A DNA stretch of 64,000 nucleotides from an uncultured Gammaproteobacteria bacterium (GTDB taxonomy: Bacteria > Pseudomonadota > Gammaproteobacteria > GCA-001735895). Under the pieces are notes generated by a model, which was given only the letters and a program-made list of their open reading frames with translations, was not told the origin of the DNA and did not search any database. Shown here in pieces: positions 54,644 through 64,000 of this stretch. The DNA lies in assembly GCA_964651385.1 (NCBI GenBank), contig CAZYYM010000001.1, forward strand, positions 92,168 to 156,167. The letters are read 5' to 3'. How positions within the stretch are numbered: position 1 is the stretch's first letter; every line of letters starts with the position of its first letter. Made by a program: the position numbers and the translations under genes.

Positions 54644-54753
54644 ATATTGTTCAATATCGGTCGTATCCGAGCCTGATGAATTGTGTAGGACAGCACCCAT
54701 ATTTATTCCTGAAATTTTCTATCGTAACTCGTCAATTAGTAACGGGGCAAAAA

Positions 54754-55767
54754 CTAAATCTGCCAGTTTAAACCGCTAAACTGACTAATCAGTGATTTTA
54801 AATGTATCCAGTTTTGATCAGGAAAATCGGCGTCTTGCTGCCCTTTGCTAATGCGGTCTAATGTAGCACAGCTTTGCAATAAACGCTCAATTTGAACCCC
54901 GTTCAATCGTGACAACGCATCATGATATAGATGTCGTTTATTTTTCCAGATTCTTAATGCCTGCCAAACACGGTCGCTCAGGGTTCCGTTCGACTGCGCA
55001 AGTTTGAGACTGTTCAGCTGTTCCAGTGACGAATGTAGTGCCCGGCAAATCTGCGTGGTAACAAAACCCTCATGTTCCAGGCTATCCAGGATATTCAGTG
55101 CACGTGCGGCTTTTCCGGCAAGACAGGCATCGACCAGGATATAATGATTGTAGCGAGCTGACTGGGAAACAGACTCTTCAATCATTTTAAAGCTAACAGC
55201 CTGTCCTTCGGCACAGCGAATAGAAAGCTTTTCCAGTTCCTGGTCGGCAGCCAGTAAATTGCCTTCAGTACGTTCGGCCAGAAAAGCAGCGGACTGTCGA
55301 TCGATTATCAGACCTTTTTGACTCGCCCGCTGAATAATCCAGCCGGATAATTCGTTGGCATATACCGGTTTAAATTCGATGACCTCCGCCGCCTGTTGCA
55401 AACGTTTACACCAGCTTGAATTTTTAGTTGCCCGGTCGAGCCCCGGGACAACAAAGACAAAGACAGTATCATCGGAACGATTTTGACAGATCGACTGAAT
55501 CGCATTGCTGCCCTTTTGCCCCGGTTTGCCATTGACAATATGGATGATTCGGCACTTGCTGCTTGCAAACAGGGATAACATATCGCCTTCTTCGAGCAAT
55601 GCAATCCAGTCAAACCCGGTATCGGCTACCATTGTTTGAATGTCTTCAAAACCCGCATCGCGTAAGGTCTGCCGAAATCGGTCGAGCCAGTCACGAATCA
55701 TTAAGGGTTCGCTACTCGCAAGCAAGTAAATCGGCGACGGGGGGTGATTTGACGGGATGCCCTGCAT
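54754..55767 (-). CDS. holA: DNA polymerase III subunit delta
   Basis: 337 aa, in the lptE/holA/nadD neighbourhood. Confidence 0.8.
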   Translation of the reverse strand: MQGIPSNHPPSPIYLLASSEPLMIRDWLDRFRQTLRDAGFEDIQTMVADTGFDWIALLEEGDMLSLFASSKCRIIHIVNGKPGQKGSNAIQSICQNRSDDTVFVFVVPGLDRATKNSSWCKRLQQAAEVIEFKPVYANELSGWIIQRASQKGLIIDRQSAAFLAERTEGNLLAADQELEKLSIRCAEGQAVSFKMIEESVSQSARYNHYILVDACLAGKAARALNILDSLEHEGFVTTQICRALHSSLEQLNSLKLAQSNGTLSDRVWQALRIWKNKRHLYHDALSRLNGVQIERLLQSCATLDRISKGQQDADFPDQNWIHLKSLISQFSGLNWQI

Positions 55768-55829
55768 TGATTTTATGTTAGCGAATTAAATGGCTGGCCA
55801 TGCTAGCATACTAAATTTACTCGCAGGTA

Positions 55830-55863
55830 CAAAAAACCCTCGAACAACCTTGTCCGAGGGTTT
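55830..55863 (-). terminator. Rho-independent terminator (bidirectional hairpin; 6-U tract on the minus strand)
   Basis: Stem 55836-55841 and 55854-55859 (CCCTCG and CGAGGG) with a 12-nt loop, flanked by AAAAAA and TTTT. Confidence 0.6.
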
Positions 55864-55975
55864 TAAAGATTACCTGCTTTATTTCATCCTGTGGCTTCCC
55901 GCTAGGCATCCATGCCTATGATGTTGTGAGAATTTCCTTATACACATCTCCGTGGTCTGGTTCCTTTCAAACACG
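55830..55975 (-). ncRNA. Candidate Csr/Rsm-family (CsrB/RsmY/RsmZ-like) small RNA
   Basis: On the minus strand, TATAAT (plus coordinates 55986-55981) is followed by about 145 nt carrying at least 6 GGA motifs, including a hairpin AGGCA-UGGA-UGCCU. Transcription ends in the terminator CCCUCG-12 nt-CGAGGG-UUUUUU. A GacA-box-like palindrome lies about 70 bp upstream. Confidence 0.35.
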
Positions 55976-56052
55976 CTGTTATTATAGCGCCTGACTGTCA
56001 ATTACCTATAGGCAGAACAAGTAAACTTATGTAGGCGCAAAGCTAGATTTTT

Positions 56053-56070
56053 TGTAGGATTTGACCTACA
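56053..56070. promoter_or_regulatory. TGTAGG-N6-CCTACA palindrome resembling the GacA/UvrY upstream activating sequence
   Basis: Perfect 6-N6-6 palindrome. The consensus GacA box is TGTAAG-N6-CTTACA. It lies upstream (minus-strand sense) of the candidate sRNA promoter. Confidence 0.3.
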
Positions 56071-56107
56071 AATTACAGGCACTGACTAGTTTCTGAGTCT
56101 TCCAGGA

Positions 56108-57319
56108 TTATATATCCCGTAAACCATCTGAGGGTTCAATTCCGGAAGCCCGTAAACCACCCAGTATGGCCGAAAAAATAGCCGTAACAACCGTTAGAGC
56201 CAATCCCCAGAAGAAATGTTCCGTCAACAGATAGCATAAATTACCTTCAAGGTTCAATCGCGGCGCCAGGAACCTGTTAATCAAGTGTTCAAATCCGAGA
56301 TAAACGAGAACAGCCAGTAGCCACCCCAGAAGGGCTGTATAGCAGGACTGCAGTACTGGAAACAGTACGATGACACTACTTTTGAATCCGATTAATCGCA
56401 AGACACTCAAATCTTTACCCTTGCGATCGACGTTCGCCCACAGGCTTGCGCCAAGCGAGAATGCAAAACCGACCGCACCGACACAGGCTATTATCCAGAA
56501 TATAACCGAGAGGTTATGATCGATTGATTGCACGGTTACGATTTCTCCTACATTGGCCTTGACCCGAACACCCTGTTTCTCCAGCTCGGTAGCGATGTTT
56601 TCGACATCATAAATTGACCGGGCATAGAGCCGAAATGAAGGAAAAGTCCGTGCTGTATCATTTTCAGCATCGCCTTTCCAGCCAAGATCCGGCACCTCAC
56701 GACCATCTTTGAACTGTTCGGTAGCAATCAATAAATCGAGATAGACAAACGCCACATTCCGGCTGGTAACAGCCGCATGGGCTATATCTATGACCGTTAC
56801 AGGCAAATGTACCCTTTCACGTTTGCCCTGAAATTGACGAGCCAGGCTGGCATCAATCTTATCACCCGTCGCTACCTTTAATTTATTAGCCGCGCTCTGG
56901 CTTAAAATTATCTGGTTATAGTTTTGTGGCATCTGTTTTATGCCAGCCAACAGGGGATCGCCTCTTGCGGTTGCCAGCAACTCCGATGAGACTATTCGTG
57001 GCGCCGAATCACTTTTCAGTTGTATTGTCGCGGCAAGTGCTCGCGTTTTAGGTATAATAAAGTCAATTTCATTGCGGTTTCGGAGTTCCGCTATCCACTG
57101 TTCTGAAAATCGGCCACTTCCGACAGGCCGAATTTCGCGATTTGACGGATTTTCTACCAGCCCATCCACCATCGTACTGACAATACCAAATTTCAAACCG
57201 AACAGGATCATCATCGGCGCCAGCACTGACGCCAACGCAAAAATAAAACAGCCCGACATGCGCCATTCGTGACTGTAGTCTCGAAAACTGAGGCGAATTA
57301 TATTACTAAACTGGCTCAT
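56108..57319 (-). CDS. FtsX/MacB-type ABC transporter permease
   Basis: 403 aa. TM1, a large periplasmic loop and 3 C-terminal TM segments. Confidence 0.75.
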   Translation of the reverse strand: MSQFSNIIRLSFRDYSHEWRMSGCFIFALASVLAPMMILFGLKFGIVSTMVDGLVENPSNREIRPVGSGRFSEQWIAELRNRNEIDFIIPKTRALAATIQLKSDSAPRIVSSELLATARGDPLLAGIKQMPQNYNQIILSQSAANKLKVATGDKIDASLARQFQGKRERVHLPVTVIDIAHAAVTSRNVAFVYLDLLIATEQFKDGREVPDLGWKGDAENDTARTFPSFRLYARSIYDVENIATELEKQGVRVKANVGEIVTVQSIDHNLSVIFWIIACVGAVGFAFSLGASLWANVDRKGKDLSVLRLIGFKSSVIVLFPVLQSCYTALLGWLLAVLVYLGFEHLINRFLAPRLNLEGNLCYLLTEHFFWGLALTVVTAIFSAILGGLRASGIEPSDGLRDI

Positions 57320-58045
57320 CTAATCGCGAAAAATTGACTGATAAATTTGTCCGTCCTCTATCACCTCGGCCTCCTGACGAAGGACACGTAAATCCATTTT
57401 ATAGACATGCGCCCAGTCATGGCTGGCAGTAATCAACGTAATTTTTAATCCTTTGATGAGTTCCATGACTACTGCCATAATTTTCCGGGTCGTTATCGGA
57501 TCGAGTGAGGCAGTGGGTTCATCAGCCAACAAAATCGAAGGCCTGTGAGACAGTGCTCGTGCAAAAGCAGCGCGCTGCCTTTCACCGGTAGATAACAACC
57601 CGGGTAACTTGTCCAGCTGGCGATGAATACCCAGCACACGGGCAATTGAATTAACTGAATCGTCGTCAGCCTGTTTGAGCAGGCGTCGAGGCAATTCTAT
57701 ATTTTCCCGTACGGTCAAATAGGGTAAAAGGCCACCGGATTGCAGTACATATCCAATATGTTGTTTTCGAATCTGCGATAATCCGCTTTGTTTTTTCCGG
57801 CGCCAGAGTTTATCGATTTGCTGCGACTTACTACCCACAGGCTCAAGATTGAACATATCGCTTTGGTCCGGATGGAGAATTAAGGCCAGTATATCCAGCA
57901 GCGTACTCTTGCCACAGCCACTATTCCCGATCAGGGCTATATTCTCCTCGGCGTTTATTTTGATGCTTGGCACCCGAAGGCGAAATCCGACACCATCGAC
58001 CAGCCGTTCCTTGACGACGTTTTTCAGAGTATACACAACTGACAC
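57320..58045 (-). CDS. ABC transporter ATP-binding protein
   Basis: Walker A GNSGCGKST, signature LSTGERQR, Walker B ILLADEP. Confidence 0.85.
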   Translation of the reverse strand: MSVVYTLKNVVKERLVDGVGFRLRVPSIKINAEENIALIGNSGCGKSTLLDILALILHPDQSDMFNLEPVGSKSQQIDKLWRRKKQSGLSQIRKQHIGYVLQSGGLLPYLTVRENIELPRRLLKQADDDSVNSIARVLGIHRQLDKLPGLLSTGERQRAAFARALSHRPSILLADEPTASLDPITTRKIMAVVMELIKGLKITLITASHDWAHVYKMDLRVLRQEAEVIEDGQIYQSIFRD

Positions 58046-58070
58046 GAGCTAGTGCTCTTTCAAGCTGGCA

Positions 58071-60026
58071 CTAGGGCAACAGGTCGAGCGCAACCGGGAA
58101 TACCGAATTGCCATTAACCGGACCACCACCGGGCGTGACCCACAGATCGGTATGGTCATGCAAAGCCTGGTAGTAACTGATTTTACTATCGAGACGTTGC
58201 ATAAACTCAATTTGGGTTTTGGCAGACCACTCTTCCCAGCTTTCCAGCGTCAGATTCATGACTTCACCGGTATAGGGCAGGTCTTCGATGTATTCACGCA
58301 TATAGCCCATTTCAGCCAGGTTGGTACCCGCGCCCGAAGTGCTGGCGCCGACGGATGACGGATCACGACTCACGGTGGCTGCCAGACTTTTCAGATCATT
58401 GATAAAATTTTTCGGGCTGAGCACACCTTCTTCGGCAAGCTCAAGCACCTGTTGCATGACATCTTTCAAATCACTGAGCTGATCACGGGTGAGCAAGACC
58501 CGAACATCGACCGACGAGCGTTCCGGATTGAGAAAATCACGGTCAACCATCCAGGCATTGAATACTTTAGGCAAAGGCTTACCGGATTCCTTTTGTATAT
58601 AGCGCATGCGTAAGGCGTGTCCCAGCTTCGAAACGCGGTCCTGCAATTGTGCCAACTGAGTCTGTTCTTCGTCATTTTCAACATCGGCTAAGGGTATTGG
58701 TGGTACACCATTCGTAGTCGCCAGCACCTGCTGAGTAATCTGATTTGCCAGCGTTTCCAACACCGTGCCGAACTCATCGACCTCACCGAGGCTAACGCCG
58801 TAGTAAAAATCACCAATACCGGGGAAGTATGAGAGCTCCTTATAGAGGTTTTCGGCCTTTTCATGGTTCGCCGCAATGGCCGGCGTACGCAAATGCAATA
58901 CCCAGATCGAGACGCCTTTGTCATAAGCTAACTGTCGCAAAGCTTTGGCACTTAAACGCGTGGCACCAAGCGAATCATGGCTCTCGCGCGGACCGGCATC
59001 GGTAATCAAAACGACATAGCGGGCGTCGAAGTCCCCCCAGTCCGAATCCTCAATGGCCGACTTTATCCCGGCATAGGCATCTTCGCGGAAATCCCGACTG
59101 GATATTTCCGAAGCACTCAGTGCGTTAACACCTTCTAAAAACTGATCCACATCTGTTCCCTGCTCGAGACTGACATAACGTCGCGTCAGGTATTCAAGTT
59201 CCGGTACCAGTGAAATATTATCGCGGTAAGCGGTTAGACCGAAGCTGACCTGATTGGTCAGGCCCTGCCGGTCGATGGCGGAATATACCTTGCGGACCGC
59301 CTCTCGCGTTCGGTCGATATAAGGTCCCATTGACGCAGTCGAGTCGATAACAAAATGTATGGCGCTGCGGTAGCTACGGTTTTTTTGAGAAGCTGAATGA
59401 GACCCGACTGATTTATCGTTTTCATCGTCAAGTGGAACACTGGCGACCTCCAGTAATCGAGCCTGTTCATTACCGAGATAAACGTCTTCATGCTGTTTGA
59501 TAGGCACCAGGTAAAAATTATCGCGAATTTCCAGATGTGCTTCGGGCTGCAGCGCAATAACCGGGCTATTTTCCAGTTTGTCACCGTTTACCGCAGCCTG
59601 GTAAAGAGTCTGGTAGGCCGCTTTGTCGAAGTCGTCAACCAGTTGTTTAAGCGCTTTTTTGCTGTTGAACAACATGACCCGCTGGATATCCTGCGGGTCT
59701 TTAAATGAAACAGTGAGCGCCTGATTCCACACAATCGCCTGCTTCTCCGGCACCCAACCCGCCGTTTTACCGAAACTGTCGTAACCGACACGTAACCAGC
59801 CATTCTGTTTTTCGTAAACGTATAAAACACTGAACGGTATAATTTCCTCGGAAACGCCCCCAACATCGGTGGATTGAAAAATTTGCGCATCAGGAATACT
59901 CAGTACACGTTGGTAGAGCGATTTTTTACCTTCCATCAGCAATGGTTTCTGATTCGAAGCCTGAATATTAAAGGATAGCAACAGGATAAAGCTGAGTAGC
60001 ACTCTGGTTATAATTTTTTCCAACAT
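58071..60026 (-). CDS. Secreted von Willebrand factor A (vWA) domain protein
   Basis: Signal peptide. MIDAS motif VIDSTASM (DxSxS) at the start of a vWA fold, followed by a roughly 250-aa C-terminal region. Confidence 0.65.
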   Translation of the reverse strand: MLEKIITRVLLSFILLLSFNIQASNQKPLLMEGKKSLYQRVLSIPDAQIFQSTDVGGVSEEIIPFSVLYVYEKQNGWLRVGYDSFGKTAGWVPEKQAIVWNQALTVSFKDPQDIQRVMLFNSKKALKQLVDDFDKAAYQTLYQAAVNGDKLENSPVIALQPEAHLEIRDNFYLVPIKQHEDVYLGNEQARLLEVASVPLDDENDKSVGSHSASQKNRSYRSAIHFVIDSTASMGPYIDRTREAVRKVYSAIDRQGLTNQVSFGLTAYRDNISLVPELEYLTRRYVSLEQGTDVDQFLEGVNALSASEISSRDFREDAYAGIKSAIEDSDWGDFDARYVVLITDAGPRESHDSLGATRLSAKALRQLAYDKGVSIWVLHLRTPAIAANHEKAENLYKELSYFPGIGDFYYGVSLGEVDEFGTVLETLANQITQQVLATTNGVPPIPLADVENDEEQTQLAQLQDRVSKLGHALRMRYIQKESGKPLPKVFNAWMVDRDFLNPERSSVDVRVLLTRDQLSDLKDVMQQVLELAEEGVLSPKNFINDLKSLAATVSRDPSSVGASTSGAGTNLAEMGYMREYIEDLPYTGEVMNLTLESWEEWSAKTQIEFMQRLDSKISYYQALHDHTDLWVTPGGGPVNGNSVFPVALDLLP

Positions 60027-60053
60027 TTCACCTGTTTATTCGATATCGATAAT

Positions 60054-60644
60054 TTACTGTACAACCAGTAGTAGCTGTCGTGCGTAGGGATTTCCCGTTT
60101 CAGATTCCTGCTGCGCCCATTGCTGAAGCGCCTGAATACGCCCGCTAACATCCGGATGACCCTGTTCTGCCGCCTTTTGATACCACTTGTAGGATTGCAG
60201 GGCATCAGCGTGATCGAGTAAGCTGTTTTCCGGCTGAAACAAATTCGGGTCTGACATTTCAGCCATTTTAACCATCGATTCAGCATAACCCTCACGGGCA
60301 CCGAAAAAATACAGCAGATGCGAATCGGCCAGGCTGCCTTCATTGTAATATTCATTGGCTTTTGCAAAAACCTGGTCGAGTGGATAAGGTTGCCCCTGGA
60401 CTCGCAGTTGCGCAATGAACTGACGAGCGCGCATACCCGGTGGAACAAGCAGGCTACGTTGAATGGCACCGGACAATTCATCGTTTTTATCGTCGTTATC
60501 AGCAGGCGCAGTACCGACAACGGTGGTATTACCCCGTTCAGTGGCCAAAACGATATAGGCAATCAGACCAATCACAATAAGAATGATCCAGAAAAGCGGA
60601 TTTCGCTTCCGTTTTGATGAATCTGCTTCGATCATATCAGGCAT
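60054..60644 (-). CDS. Membrane-anchored protein with a Sel1/TPR-like helical C-terminus
   Basis: N-terminal TM (LFWIILIVIGLIAYIVL). The C-terminus YKWYQKAAEQGHPDV is Sel1-like. Preferred over the overlapping alternative-frame ORF 60008..60562. Confidence 0.5.
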   Translation of the reverse strand: MPDMIEADSSKRKRNPLFWIILIVIGLIAYIVLATERGNTTVVGTAPADNDDKNDELSGAIQRSLLVPPGMRARQFIAQLRVQGQPYPLDQVFAKANEYYNEGSLADSHLLYFFGAREGYAESMVKMAEMSDPNLFQPENSLLDHADALQSYKWYQKAAEQGHPDVSGRIQALQQWAQQESETGNPYARQLLLVVQ

Positions 60645-60743
60645 GAATATTTCGCTTGTTGTAGGTTTTCAATGTGATCTGCAGTAATTATAAACACTTG
60701 CAGGCACCGGGTAAATTTCATCAACAATAGAATAGAAATCAGA

Positions 60744-63694
<2,951 letters not shown>

Positions 63695-63875
63695 TTAAAA
63701 AATTGGGGGAAGGATACTCCAGTGGGGGGGTAACTTAAAGTAAGAATGGTGCAATGCGCGTAGCTTATTGACACCCTACTATTCAAACGGTCATTGTGAG
63801 TTGTACAATGGCACGGGCATCAGTGATATCACTTTATGATTGCATAATAGGTGAATCTGAACTACTATTACATCA

Positions 63876-64000
63876 ATGAATAACAGGCAACGTAAGATCT
63901 ACGAGACCATATTTTCTGAGCCTGTTAACGGCAATATTGAGTGGCGCAAGATCGAGACTTTATTCATTGCCCTGGGCGCAGCGAAGACGGAACGGAGCGG
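63876..64000 (+). CDS. Possible HicA-family toxin-like small protein (5' part; truncated by the window end)
   Basis: MNNRQRKIYETIFSEPVNGNIEWRKIETLFIALGAAKTERS... resembles a family of about 80-aa proteins annotated as HicA-like. Confidence 0.35.
   Translation, partial: MNNRQRKIYETIFSEPVNGNIEWRKIETLFIALGAAKTERS

Noticed and set aside
55786-55800. 10-bp perfect palindrome ATGCTAGCAT just upstream of holA
   Set aside because: It is short enough to occur by chance, and there are no flanking half-site extensions. Noted only as a possible minor operator.
56108-58045. ABC ATPase and single FtsX permease as LolD-LolF
   Set aside because: The genomic context (vWA and Sel1-like partners, inserted at lptE-holA) and the atypical Walker A argue against the housekeeping lipoprotein sorter, though the fold class is the same.
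60008-60562. 184-aa alternative-frame ORF overlapping the Sel1-like membrane protein gene
   Set aside because: The Cys/Arg-rich, low-complexity translation looks non-protein-like. The overlapping 196-aa frame has a clean TM helix and helical repeats.

Overview
The window looks like a chromosomal segment of a Gammaproteobacterium. No rRNA, tRNA, CRISPR array, transposase or integrase was recognised. Most of it is housekeeping genes in E. coli- or Pseudomonas-like synteny blocks: pmbA and divergent yjgA; aroC; gcvP and sdaA; sbcB; the rimK module; and tldD-yhdP-rng-maf-rlmH-rsfS-nadD-proA-holA ... lptE-leuS. Accessory modules are interspersed. (1) At 3083-5035 a three-gene RiPP-like cluster encodes a Sec-signal, 6-Cys DUF2282-type precursor, a DUF692 (MbnB-like) enzyme and a DUF2063 partner. 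It has bufferin/gig architecture but no DoxX gene, and an intrinsic terminator sits between the precursor and enzyme genes. (2) At 12214-15970 a cytochrome b561, a diheme cytochrome c, a PepSY protein, an OmpR-type response regulator and a sensor kinase form a putative envelope/redox sensing module. (3) At about 19.0-23.1 kb three hypothetical genes form a patch that looks AT-richer by eye: a secreted protein with a C-terminal M15-like peptidase motif, a translationally coupled membrane-anchored partner and an orphan 470-aa protein. (4) A DUF1028/M20-deacetylase pair precedes RimB-RimK and an AstE/AspA-family protein. (5) A VapBC pair lies next to a gene remnant. (6) A RecQ-family helicase is divergent from a SWIM-SNF2 ATPase. 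(7) A short asparaginase N-domain protein, a Dyp peroxidase and an RND pump lacking an outer-membrane factor follow. (8) A four-gene insertion between lptE and holA encodes a TM Sel1-like protein, a secreted vWA protein and a MacB/FtsX-type ABC ATPase and permease. (9) The 340-bp gap between that ABC operon and holA holds a candidate Csr/Rsm-family sRNA on the minus strand, with a GacA/UvrY-box-like palindrome, a TATAAT -10, multiple GGA motifs and a strong terminator. All calls rest on reading the translated ORFs and the raw sequence. No database search or composition calculation was run.
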